Source of the DNA: Leucoraja erinacea
Lineage: Eukaryota
Direction: 5' to 3'
DNA length: 64,000 nucleotides
Assembly: GCF_028641065.1 (NCBI RefSeq)
Contig: NC_073383.1
Span: 47,492,001 to 47,556,000, forward strand
Of the stretch, positions 11,131 through 24,329 are shown one piece after another. Position numbers and translations under genes: made by a program. Within the stretch, counting starts at the first letter, position 1. Every line of letters starts with the position of its first letter. Under the pieces are notes generated by a model, which was given only the letters and a program-made list of their open reading frames with translations, made no database searches and was not told where the DNA came from.

Positions 11131-14100
11131 TAATGAGAAGAAAGAGAGAGACAAAGGGAGACAGGTTTTGGAAGGAGATTTAAACACTCTCATGACTTTT
11201 AAATAATTTGGGAGAGAATGTATAGGATAGCATCTAGGGTTGGTAGTCATGTCTAAAGCCAACAAAACAGCTAAAGCATCCAGTAGCATTTGAGGTGAGG
11301 CAAAGGTGGAATCAGACGATGTTCCTCCTCCTGTTAAAAATTGAAAGGAAGCAGAAACTCTTCCACCAGTAGGAAAATGTCAGATTTGCAAAAATACCTC
11401 CAACACAAGATGAAAACCAGACATATTACCCTGCTTTTCACCTGCAGTCAGAAGAGCAATAAATGTCACTGAACTTAAAGAATATTGTTCCATCACAACA
11501 GAAGGATAATTCATTATGCATTAAGTGGTAAAACATGCCTGACTTCCTTGTCTAACTTTCCCTGAGCAATACCATATTTATGTTTCTATAGCAATATGTT
11601 CTGAAGGTGAGAATTATTTAACAGAATGGGACTTAAGCATGTTAAATATGTAAAAATATTTAATTCATTCATGTGACTTAAGTTATTAAAAGCTTTCATG
11701 AAACATTCCCTGGTGCACATCATGTCACCATTCGCACCTGTAACTGGTAATGCAAATCTTCAATGTTCAAGGAAGGATAAACTTCGAATATCACCGATTT
11801 ATCTACGGTGTTTAGATGTGGCCAACTTTGCTCACGTTTTTATTTTAAAAATTGTACCATAAAAAAGTTGAACCTTCATTTTGCAGATGTTAAAAAAATT
11901 CACTACATTCTGTGAGACATCCAACAGTAACTTGATTTTCCATTTGCCTACTTTCCCGAATGCTCTATACCTAACTTTCACCTCTGAAATTATTAATGAT
12001 TTAATGTATGAAAATACTTCCTTCAACATAGATTTTTAATCATTCGCCTTCTGCACCAGTGTCGACCCATTGTGGATTATGTCCAAATTCAGACTGCCAG
12101 TTCCTTGCTGTTTCAGGCTGATCCCGCTGCTGATCTGGAGGCTTCTCTCAGGCATATGCTCCGACTGTTTCACACCAGGCGACATGAGCACAGCCAGCTG
12201 AAAATATACATTTGTCTTCATGTTGTGAAATAAGTTTTGTGACTTGCTAAGCTACATCGTTCACTCTCAACCGCACCGTGACAATGAACTTGTGGTGAGG
12301 TTCCAGACAGATGAATCAGTGCAGATTCTCAGACTCTAGTTCAGTGATTAGTCCTACCTGACGTGTTTATACAATAGAATGGTTCAGTACAAAAGCACTC
12401 TTGAGCTTCACTCAGATGCTTCACTCCATAGATTTGTACAAAAACTTAAGTGACACTTTAGTGGAGCTGCTGAGGTGATGTCTGTCAGAGGCGAGATTAA
12501 GCCAAAGCTCACACTGTTTTCTTGAGGACAACAAAATATCAAAATAATTTGGTAATATTTTGAAAAGCAAAGGAACATCCAAGTGACCTGACCAATATTG
12601 ATCCGTTACTTGTCATTATGGAAAGAAAACCATGTACATTATTTGTGGCAGCTTGGCTCAGAAATTGGTCATTGTGTTTGTTACAAAAAATTCCAGTACT
12701 TAAAAAAATCCTGTAAGGATGTGAAGTGTCCTGTAAATGCCAAATGTTGCATCTTTCCATATTTAAATTTCATTTTACCCTAATTCTATGCAGGAAGATA
12801 ATTTTCCTAATCTTTCTAGTTTATCGCTGGAATAGCCCTTGGTTCCCAGTTGGGCTGCTTTCAAAGACTTTCAAGCTATGCCTCCTGCCCATTTACAATT
12901 AATTGGGTTATTTGGCCATACCAGCAATCTTTTTTTAAATACACAAATATTTTCCCTTAACGTTTTGTTATTTTTATTTTCCCCTCTTCCAGGCTTCTGG
13001 GCCAATAATCGCTAATGCTATGGTCTTAACTGCTGTCTCTGGGGAGGTTCATTGTAGGATGTCCACATTTCTCTTCCATGCTTTTATAGAACACCCAAGA
13101 ACCCATTTTACCATAAATGGTTATAATTTAATCTTTTGTATTGTACCAGTTGTACTGTTGCTTTTAAACTTTTCTAGCAATCTCGAAATGGTAAATATTC
13201 TTCAAATAGTTTTGGATCAGGAAATAAACATTTTCTATCATGTTCTAAATGAGATTTGCACGTATGCAAGTGAGGAAACATCATCAAAACATCACTATAT
13301 GATTATCTGTTGTTTCATGTTCTATGTTTACATATGTTCTATGAATGAGGAGAATGATTCCACGTAAGAAAAAAGGAAAAAAGTTAGAAGGGGGAAGAGA
13401 GAGAGAGAAGTAAAAGCAACATTAAAGAAACTTCTAGAGGTACTACTTCCTGGATATTTTCAGTGTATCTCAGCATTATAGTGTTCAACACCAATTCTAA
13501 ATTAGGTTATCTGCAACAAAAGTTGCAAAATTGATCAAAATTCAATGTAAAAGTCTTAGGATGGTTCATGACTCAAAAGAAGCACTAAAGTGGTACTTGC
13601 TGATTCCAGTTGACAACATTCAATTCAGTGCACCTCCTGACATTTTGTTACATAGCAATCAATGGGAAGCTCATGGCAAAGAGAAGCAACACACATTACG
13701 GTTGCCATCTCCCATTCCGGGTTAATGCCGTATTTCCAGGACGTGCTTAATATTTTTCAACTCAAAAGACTTTGTACCATTGTCATTTTCAGTGACCAAC
13801 ACTGCGGGTAGGGATGGATCCTTATCCTGCAAGTCCCAGTCTATGAAATGCACACTGGGAGTAAGATTCTGCACATCAGATGGACAAGACACCCACAAGG
13901 CTCACTGTAAGAACAGCCTGGCAAGAAGTGGCACTAGTGATATTTTCCAGAAGGCCCTAAATAATGGAGAAATGTGGAAAAAAGCTTAATTTCTTCGGAG
14001 TGATGAACAGTCCATTGTTTATTCCAGAAATGTGTTGTTATTCATATGAATATGTATTTAATGCCAAGGTCTAAGATCTCAGAGCAAGGCACCACTCCCA

Positions 14101-15417
14101 CCAAGGAACAGATGTTGTCAGAAGTCATTTCAGTAACTGTATCACGGAATCATTTGCACAGCTGGACCTGCAGAGTGGGACGTGAAGAGTGCGTGCGTGA
14201 AAGAGCGAGAGAGTGAATGAGACCTGGGTTACCATACGGTGTGCTATGTTTGTGATAATGATCGTTGACATGCTATGAAGGTCACATGGGTTGCATTGGG
14301 CCAATGATTTTCGGGGTGTGGTTTGAAGAAGCCTCTCTCATCGGGCAGTTCCTTAAACCCCAGGTTGACAATGCTTCCCTGTTCTGCTCAGCTGGATGAT
14401 AAAACTGGAGTCTGAGCAGGGAAACCTCCTGGTCCTGTTGTTTTTCAGGCTCGGGTGCTCCTTGCAATTTGCTCATCATTCCTGAATACAGCTTCTGATT
14501 TAAAAGATGGTGCTGTTTGCAACACATGATGCAGACTGATGCAGGAAATTAAACTTCAACCAGAAGTTTACATATGTTCTATGAATGACACTTCCAATGG
14601 CCTTTTCCAACACTATCCTGGTTCTTACACCTGCTCTCGGTAGCTGCACTGGTGGGAGTAGCTATGGAAGTAGATTCATGAACCAAAAGTAGGATGGACA
14701 ACTCACAAATCAAGTCTAACAAGGCAATTAATCAACCATTATGCATGTACCAAAAGCTGACAGACAATGCCTGAACCAAGTCTGACCCTGACAATCATTA
14801 ACCAAACCCCATGAATCAAAAGGCGAAAAAGGCAGCTGTAGGTGTGCAAGTAGATGGCTGTGCACCTTTGAATATGCCTAATGCTCAAAATGCCCAGCAA
14901 TGCAGTCTCTCTCAGTGTGAACTATTTATGCATTATGCCTGCCGTATGAAGAAATTTGTCGCATGATCTTCAAGAGGCTGGAAATGGCTACAAAATGAAA
15001 ATGTTTCCTGGACATGAAAATATGCAGGTTCCTAATAAGATCCGTTATTCTCTCCTGTGCAATCAAATGCTGGCAAATTCCAATGCCCAAGATTACATAT
15101 GGTCCTCATTGAAAACGATGTAGATTAAATAAATTTTGCAAATTCAGTTCCTGGGGTGATTTCTATGATGCTAGAGTGAGCAGCATAATGAACGGTGGAG
15201 ATCAGAAAGAACGTGCAGTGAGGCAGATGAGTCAACATGACTCAAGGCACGAGTATGCGGCTTTACGTCTCTCGTATCTTACGTATTACGTATCTCACTG
15301 AAGAAAGCTTTGGAAAGCCAAAGCGCATGGATCATTTAAGAAGCCCAGGTAGGTTGCAATGGCTCTGAATGCCATCTGGCAGTGCAAACTTCACTGAAGG
15401 GCATGTCTTTGTGTTGA

Positions 15418-15599
15418 GCTGTCTCCTCCCACCCTCCTATCCGCCCGCCCTCGGGCTCCTCCTCCTCCCCTTTTCTTTCCTTCTTCCCCCCCACCCCCCA
15501 TCAGTCTGAAGAAGGGTTTCGGCCCGAAACGTTGCCTATTTCCTTCGCTCCATAGATGCTGCTGCACCCGCTGAGTTTCTCCAGCAATTTTGTGTACCT
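15418..15599 (+). mobile_element. Penelope-tail element with an intact hammerhead-like core at 15506-15533
   Basis: Same tail as 2108-2799. Possible TSD tgtctttgt on both sides. Confidence 0.75.
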
Positions 15600-16279
15600 T
15601 GTCTTTGTCTTCTGTTCCGAGTAGTCTGCCATGGCTAAAAGACACTCCTTTAACTCCTCCAGTTAGTGATGTTGTTACTGAGACACCCAAATTTAATTTC
15701 CCTTATGATACAGAAGGAGTCTAGTTCAGGTATCAGACAATTGCATCAATCCAATTCCCCCACTTATTTACCCTGTAACCTATTCTCTCTCACATGTCCC
15801 TTGGAATGATATCCCAGCTCTAGAGAAAACACTTCCTATTAATTGAAGTACATTTTGCAGACTTTGGAAGATGGCTGAGCAGTCTGAAATCAGCTCTGCT
15901 GCCCAGCCCACTCCCAATGTCAGCAGTGTTTTCCTTTAAATTTCAGGAAAAAAAAACAAGCACAATCTAGTTTAGCTCCGCGTTGCCTATTCTGTGATTC
16001 AGTGTGAAGATTTGAGCTCCAATTTACATTGATACAGCCAGAAATGTCCATTAGCTTATGCCAGGTATAATGAAATTTAAGTACTTAGTCTAATTTTATG
16101 AATGTTTCAATTTCGCCCTGGAACAATTGCTAGTGCAAAGGATCTTTGGTGCAATGTGCTTGGGTAAATATCAATGTTCCCATGGTCAGTATCTTAAAGA
16201 TCTATATTCTTGCTACACAAAGTACGTGGCATGGGAGAAGAATGGTTAACCCATTTGAACTTAAAGATTTTATTCAATG

Positions 16280-16455
16280 GATATTTTTAAGGCAGAGATA
16301 GATAGATTCTTGATTAGTATGGGTGTCAGGGGTTATGGGGAGAAGGCAGGAGAATGGGGTGAGGAGGGGGAGATAGATCAGCCAGGATTGGATGGTGGAG
16401 TAGACTTGATGGGGTGAAAGCCTAATTCTGCTCCTATCACTTATGAACTATGAAC
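16280..16455 (+). mobile_element. CR1 LINE 3' end fragment
   Basis: ggatatttttaaggcagagatagatagattcttg...ggggagaaggcaggag...tctgctcctat and a short tandem tail. Confidence 0.7.
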
Positions 16456-18723
16456 ATATTTTGGGGTCTTGTTTTTTTTTACAGTTGGAAGCTTTTACAA
16501 AGAACACAATATATTTAGATGTCAATATCGATAATAATGCTTAAAAGGTCAATGAAGGATACACTGCTGACATTACCAAAACTCACATAATTTATATGCT
16601 TTCCTATGTACTAAAGAAGACTACAAAACATTAAAAGGCTTGTTCAAATATTGATAAATTATTTACCCTTGTCATGAAATACCTACTCAAAAGTAAAAAC
16701 ACTTTCCAAAATAGTTACATCTCATGCAAGCAAGGGGCATATTTAATTTAAGGTCTGACAACTGACAGATATAACAATATGTACAACTGTGTGTGTGACT
16801 ACAAAGGCACATCTCTAGATAGGCGATAATCATATAGGCCTTTTATAAAATTCAATGGCACATGGAAACAATCTAATCCAAATGTATACTTCAGTTTCTT
16901 TCTATTTATACTTCCTCCATATGTCATACTGTTCAAAACAGTCATGCACCAGTATACTTCTTTTGTAGGTAAAAGTTCAAATGGATTGGTGCCATCATTG
17001 TGCTGAGCTGCATGTCTTTGAAATTACAATAAAAATATGTTTGTACTTAGTGATACCAGGTTTAGTTTTAAGCAAACCAAGAATGGCCTCACCCGATGAA
17101 TATTGTCTGTTGCACTACATGAAGGCCTATTGTTTCATAAACATAATCAACTGAAATATTTTTGAGATTTTATTTACTTTAGAATGTATGCACTAACATA
17201 ATTAAAAAGATATGCAGCTCACCATATAAATTAATTTTCTCCTGCCACAAAGGCATAGGAATAGAATGCGAGTGCATACGCAAATATAAATCTGAACTCT
17301 CTTGTTAAAAAGGGGGGTAATATAGTTTATAAAATGACAAGTAATGGTTAATGAATTTCACAGAGGTCCAATGTACATATATTTTGCTATACAACTATAT
17401 TAGTATTTACCAAATTGTAAATGGGAAGAATTTAATTTAGAAGTAAAATCTCTTAAAATCCTCATAAAACACTATGTGGCGAAAAATAATTGTGGACCTC
17501 GTCTATTAACAGTTACCTTTCTTTTTAAATAAAGTGTGTTAGCCAACATTTCATCAAGGAACACATATACAGTAAAACACGATGGAAAAGCTGAGAATGA
17601 AATAATTGAGTACTTCCAAATATGAACAATGTCTGGTGAAACTGGACTTGATGGCACAGAAGAGTCAAAACAAAAACAGGAATCTGAACTAAAATGTAAG
17701 AATGTGGAAAAGACTCAGCAAGTCAGACTTCGTGCATGAAAAAAGAAAAACTTAATGCTTCAGGTAAAGATCCGATGAAAGATCATGTAATGTACAAAAC
17801 AAGGGATGGAGGGGAATACTTGGTAAAACAAAATAAATTATATTAAATCAAATTTTACTTCAACACCAAAGGCTATTTGAGTCCATTTAGGTGATTTTGT
17901 TTTCTGTAAATCATTATTTAAATTAAAATTGTTTAACATTGCCTTTCAAGGCATCTGAACTATCTACTTCAGATCATATTTGGTATTGGCTATTTCTGTT
18001 ATTTATTTTAAAATAACGTATAGATGACTAAAATGAGCAGGCTTTTAAATAGGTAGCTTGGGAAATCCTTGCTTAGTGAATGAGTGATTCAAATCATATT
18101 GAAAGTAATGACAGATTATGTTACAAGAAAATGACATTAATTCAGTAAGTAAATGTTGTAAAGTGAAACTGAAGACATTACCCCTAGTCATTGGTTTTAG
18201 TAAATATGGGAACTTATAAGGTTTACTCCAAACATGTCAGTGGGTCCAGTCAAGCTGGATAAAAAGCCTACAGAAAGCATGAGCTTATGTAAAGGTCACT
18301 GATTCCTGATGGAAATTGTTCATTCAATTGTGAGCATAACATAAATGCATTTATTGTACAGGTAAAGGAATCAACTATCTCTGACATTAACAATTGTCTG
18401 CTGGGAAACACTGACCTATTTCAGGCTAATGCTTCCTTAAAAAAAAAAGATCTTGTTCTTTGATATTGAGTATTTGCAATCTGTGGTGCATTAGAAATCA
18501 ACACATGTACTGAAGTATAGAGTGAAGTGTCAAATCAGAAACCAAAGATAATGGATCCCAATTACCCGTATTTCCCGGCAATGAATACACTATTTTTTAC
18601 CCTAAAATAAGGCCCGAAAATGTACCTGTGTCTTGGAGGCCGAAGGTTAGATTGTTAGCCAAGAAAGATAGACTTGGCTATCCGTCAGTACACCGGCTGT
18701 AAAAGGACAGCACCGTTGTGGGA

Positions 18724-19510
18724 GGAGTGTTCCTTCCACAGCATGTGGGGAGCCCGGGTCAGCACGGCTGTCTCGCCAGAGGTAAAGTTGCGTGGAGGGC
18801 AGGAGCATTGAAAAGGACGGGGTCGGGGATCATACCAGCAACTTACTCAGTAGCTCGGGTGGCTGCGAGCGGCCGCCAGGACCGAACAGCGGAACTGCAG
18901 CTAGACCTGGGGGCTCGAAGGCAACCTGGGAACTGCAGCTAGTTCCGGGGCTCGCAGGCGACTTGGGAGCTGCAGCTAGTCCTGGGGCTCGCAGGCGACT
19001 TGGGTGCTACAGCCAGTCCCAGGGCAGGCGACCTGGGAACTCCAGCTAGTCCCGGGGCTCGCAGGCGACCTGGGCGCTACAGCCAGTCCCGGGTCAGACT
19101 ACCTGAGCATTACAGCTAGTCCCGGGGACGCGAAGGATCTGGGAACTTTGTGGACAGCACTGCTGGGGGGGGGGGGGGGGGGGGGGGGGAAGAGTTCCTT
19201 CCACAGCATGTGGGGAGTCTGGCCCGGGTCAGCACGGCTGGGCCGCCAGGGCTAAAGTTGCGGGGAGGACAGGAGCGTTGAGAAGGAGGGGGTCGGGGAT
19301 CATGCCAGCAACTCACTCAGTAGCTCGGGTGGCTGCGACCGGCTGCCGAGACCGGACAGCAGAACTGCAGCTAGACCTGGGGCTCACAGGCGACCTGTGC
19401 GCTATAGCCTGTCCCGGGGCAGGCGACCTGGGCGCTACAGCTAGTCCCGGGGACACAAGGGATCTGGGAACTGCAACCAGTCCCGGGGCACGCAGGCATT
19501 CTGGAAACTG
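18724..19510 (+). repeat. Two ~460-bp blocks, each ending in a ~35-40-bp GC-rich minisatellite (gctagtcccggggctcgcaggcgacctggg...), separated by a poly-G run
   Basis: ttccttccacagcatgtgggg occurs at ~18730 and ~19195. Repeated units at 18890-19150 and 19360-19510. Confidence 0.8.
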
Positions 19511-19714
19511 CAGAAAACTAATTGAAAAATGTGAAAACTATGTATTATTAGTATATTATTACTAATTTATGTATTATTAGTATGTATTATTACTAATTTA
19601 GTTAGTATGTATTATTACCTCCATTTATCAACTATGGAGATGGATGTAGCCCGCCATCTGCTCACAAACATGGGTCCTGGCCCCTATGTAAAAAAGGTTG
19701 CCGACCCCTAGACT

Positions 19715-20135
19715 AGACTCTAGAATTTAGAAGATTGAGAGGGGATCTTATAGAAACTTACAAAATTCTTAAGGGGTTGGACAGGCTAGATGCAGGAAGA
19801 TTGTTCCCGATGTTAGGGAAGTTCAGGACAAGGGGTCACAGCTTAAGGATAAGGGGGAAATCCTTTAAAACCGAGATGAGGAGAACTTTTTTCACACAGA
19901 GAGTGGTGAATCTCTGGAACTCCCTGCCACAGAGGGTAGTTGAGGCCAGTTCATTGGCTATATTTAAGAGGGAGTTAGATGTGGCCCTTGTGGCTAAGGG
20001 GATCAAGGGGTAGGGAGAGAAGGCAGGTACGGGATACTGAGTTGGATGATCAGCCATGATCATATTGAATGGCGGTGCAGGCTCGAAGGGCCGAATGGCC
20101 TACTCCTGCACCTAATTTCTATGTTTCTATGTTTC
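19715..20135 (+). mobile_element. CR1 LINE 3' end (young-looking)
   Basis: ORF 19735-20013 RGDLIETYKILKG...RVVNLWNSLP; (tttctatg)n tail. Confidence 0.9.
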
Positions 20136-21198
20136 TAAACCAAACCCTTGATCCTGTCCAGTCAGCCTTTTTTCAAAATTTAGCAACTCAAAATAGGGGT
20201 GCGTCTTCGACGCAGGTGTGTCTCCATTGCCAGGAAATATGGTACTTTCATCTACCATGCATATATTTTTTTAAAGTAATTAAACATAATAATCTGCAAC
20301 AACACTTCCAGCTTTTTTTGTATATTTGCATAATTTTTCACTGGTCTCTTCCCTCTTATAGGAACATTGCTTCCAATGTCCTCTATCCCTTATTTGAAAT
20401 AGAAAAAACACAAGATATAGATGCGACTGCTCTGCCATTCAATCAAATCATGGCTGATTTTTGTTTTTCCTTAATAACCATAATCTATCAATCACTGTCT
20501 TGATTTACTCAGCAACTGACCCTCATGGAGAATTCCAGACACCCTAACCTCTGGGCAAAGAAATGTCTTCTTATCTGCATCCTGAGTGGCTGACCTCTTA
20601 TTCTGACAGTGCAACTCCAGGCTTAGACACACCACCAAGCAAAACATCAACTCCATACACTTGTAAAGGTTTAGGAACTTTCTATGTTTCATAGATAACT
20701 TCCCATTTTTCTAACTTCAGAGAGCATAATCCAAGTCTCCTCCATTTACAAAATGAAACAAGAAAAAAATAAAGTTATGAGAATATCGTTCCTTAACTAT
20801 CGAGCCCGTTTCATTTTGTTTTGCATGATGAATTGTAAAAGCACTGCTGCAGACTGGAGCGTTTAGATTGCCTGTAATACATCCAAATCCATGAAGCCAG
20901 GACTATGTTCAAATGATTTATATCAAGTTCTCACATCAGATTTAATGACCATCATTTGTTATGCTAATAAATTAACACAGGTACTGTCTGTGCAGATTTC
21001 AAATGGCTTTAACACAATTCAGAGGTAACTTGATCAGAGTAAATTAGTAATTTAAGATTTAAATTCTGCTCATGAAGCTACTCAAGTTTGTATTTCAATT
21101 TTGCAAAAGACTATTCTAAACCATTCAACAGTGGCGGCAACAGTTTGTTTTACATTTAGACTTGAATCAAGAAGCTCTTGACTGTGTTTGGAAATTAC

Positions 21199-21332
21199 CT
21201 CACATTTGCTGCGTAGGCCTGTCTCTTGCAGTCGAGACCAGATACTCTGGATTCTCCCAGCATGTTCAGGGTGGCTATTTGTATTGCCACAAGTGCAATG
21301 GTGCTTCAACATCAGAGTATCATAAACAAGAC
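21199..21332 (-). CDS. HDAC4: HDAC4 exon at the start of the deacetylase domain (134 nt, phase 1-0): [45 protein letters not shown]
   Basis: Class IIa structural zinc ligands C-x-C...H and the HPEHAGRI motif. Acceptor tgatag| and donor |gtaatt. Confidence 0.97.
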
Positions 21333-21807
21333 CTATCAGAGGAATGAAAAAAAAGGTCAATAAATAATTCACCATAAATACATTAAAAAAAGTGAAACAT
21401 ACAAAAAAAAGAACACTTCATTGGAATTGATAACTATAACAAGCATTAAACATTTGTTTACTCAAGAATCTGATTTGTTGCCTTTTGATTGTCAACCTAT
21501 TGCACCGTAATTCTTTAAAAAAAAAATCATTGTTATTAATTAAGGAAAAATTAGCCTAACAGAATAGCAATGAGAACAAGGAAGCCAATTTTACTCACAT
21601 ACCAGTGGACAATTTAGAGTTCTCATTATGAGGATGGGCTTTTTCTGCAGCAATCAGTATCGGGACACTTGTTCCAATACGAGTAAACATATCAAAACAT
21701 GAGAAGACCATTCAAGTCACTCCACCATTAACAACATCTGATTGTAACCATATTTCTCCAATCTCGTCTTGGCATACGTATTTAATTTTTCGACAAATAT
21801 TCATCGT

Positions 21808-21975
21808 ACTCAAAAAACAAAGTGCTGGAGGAACTCAGCAGGCCAGGCAACATCTGTGGAGGGAATGGATAGATGACATTTTGGGTGGAGACCTTTATTC
21901 AGATTGTACATATGTGTTCCTCCAGCAATTTGTTTTTTTGCTCAATATTCTAGCATGTGCAGTTTTTGTGTCTCC
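21808..21975. mobile_element. Decayed Penelope-tail insertion (fold-back), with a degenerate hammerhead core on the minus strand
   Basis: Reverse strand ctgaataaaggtctccacccaaaatgtc. A similar minus-strand copy lies at 23575-23695. Confidence 0.6.
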
Positions 21976-22658
21976 ATGATAATACTCAGTTAGGTTTGGA
22001 AATAGCGACAATTTCCAGTGCATGCAAAGGTTCCAATTAGTGGTCAGGGAATTTTTCTACAGCCACCACTTAGAAACATAGATTGATTAGTGCATGATAT
22101 TTAATTTAATTTGATGTTGGAATCAGTGTCCTCTCAATGATCAAAAGTGCCTTCTTTACCCAATCTTGTGCAATATTTTGAGCTCAATCATAATAAATTT
22201 AATTTCTGAAGAGCAATCAACTCTATGGAATAGATTTTCCAGAGAATTCAAATACATAGATAATGTTTTTTAAAGGGTACACACAAGGCATAACCCAGAA
22301 GACCTTGGGATCAATCAAGACCCCTGGATTTATCTGGCCACAAAATAAGGACCTCAGATTAGACCGGAAGGAGAAACTGAACATTTCAGAGCTGATTTTC
22401 TCCTTTCACAGATACTGCCTGATCCTCTGACTGCTTCTTTGTGAGAGAGATCTGGAGTTTCTGCCAAGAGCTGAAAACAAAGGCTTTAGCTTTTGCAGTT
22501 TAACTGGAGAAACTGGATGCGTTTCCATGGACAGATGTCCAACAAACAATCTGAAGACATGGAGATAGCAAAGAGAGATTGGTTTAGTCAGTGACCTCAA
22601 ACTTGGGATAATAACTTAATTATCTAAAATGTGGGCGTAAGTTGTACAATATTTTTCA

Positions 22659-23003
<345 letters not shown>

Positions 23004-24329
23004 TCAAGTTAAAGTAATCCTCAAATTAAGCAGAAAGTTTACTTTATTTACTCAGTTTTATTTTTGATTACTCCCCGGGGTGAGCCACATCTTTTTCTGA
23101 TCACAGCAGTATTTTCACCAGTCCCAGTGAGCTTTAAATGACATATAGCTTTTTTTCTATCATTGAGAAGGGGCAGGAGGATTACAGGAGACCTCGTATC
23201 ACATTTTGATTAACAACTTATTTAAAGAATAAACAAATGAGTGGTTTGATATATTTACTCAGACACATTTACAGTAGAATTAAACTGCCTGGTCAGTTTC
23301 TCCAAAAGAAATCAATGCACACAATCCTTATGCTAAATTTTTCTTGTGAATTAATCTTTGTGTAAATATTAATACTTATTTTAATACTTTCAATTGCAGT
23401 GGGAGTTAGAGGTGTACTGTAAATGTTCAAATCTAAATACCCATTTCAAGCATTTCATTAATTTAAAACCTCGGTTAACAGCAGTTACTGCACCTAAATT
23501 TAAAACAACTAATTTCACAATGAACAATATATGTAATGCCATATAGCTAAGCTTACTTGGGTTACTTGTACTAAAAAGGAACTGCAGATGCTCGTTTTAC
23601 CAAAGAGACACAAAATGCTGGAGTAACTCAGCAGGTCAGGCTGCATTTTTGGACATAAAGGATAGGTGACGTTTTGGGTCAGGACCCTTCAGATCTTCTT
23701 GGTTTACATGGCTTGGTTACCCATTCAAACCTATAACTTTGGAGGTTGACAAACCACTAATCTGAGCTTTATTTTGTTGGGAGGGGATATGGAATTTAAC
23801 TGTACATAACTTCCTTCCTACTGGTTAAAGCTTTCTGCATTTCCGCTTGCCATTTCATCCACTGACTTTTAAGATGGAGAGACGAGTGACCTGTACAAGA
23901 ACAGAAGTAGAAAACACCAGCCTTCCGTTTTGTGACATCTGGATACAATTAATTGACAAAATGGTACATAATTGATCCTGAGAATGAAATTTTGACCAAA
24001 TATAATAATGTTACTTAAGCCAGGCAATATTATGATGAAAATAACTGCCAGGACTGACGCACTAAGAGAAAAATAGTATCAATGCCCATCGATGACATGT
24101 TCATGTCAGCAAAAAATTAAATGAACGATTACCAGTTGTACTTGTAAAATAGTAACAGCATATTGTGTTGTGGTGTCATTTGTTATTGACACAGCAATGT
24201 AATTAAATGATTTATTTCCCGATAAGTTCTAATGCTTTGGAGAGAAATTAAAAGAAAAATAAATAAAGTGTCTACAGATATGAAAATGCAGGAACTTGCT
24301 CCACAACTTGTTATTGAGTAATACAAAGA

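Larger units (their letters stand above)
18565..20242. mobile_element. Non-autonomous Tc2/pogo-like DNA transposon carrying a duplicated GC-rich minisatellite and nested inserts
   Basis: TIRs ccgtatttcccggcaatgaatacac / gtgtctccattgccaggaaatatgg, with TA at both flanks. Confidence 0.65.

Noticed and set aside
18890-19510. Regularly spaced ~38-bp GC-rich repeats as CRISPR or coding repeats
   Set aside because: A contiguous degenerate minisatellite with no unique spacers and no cas genes.
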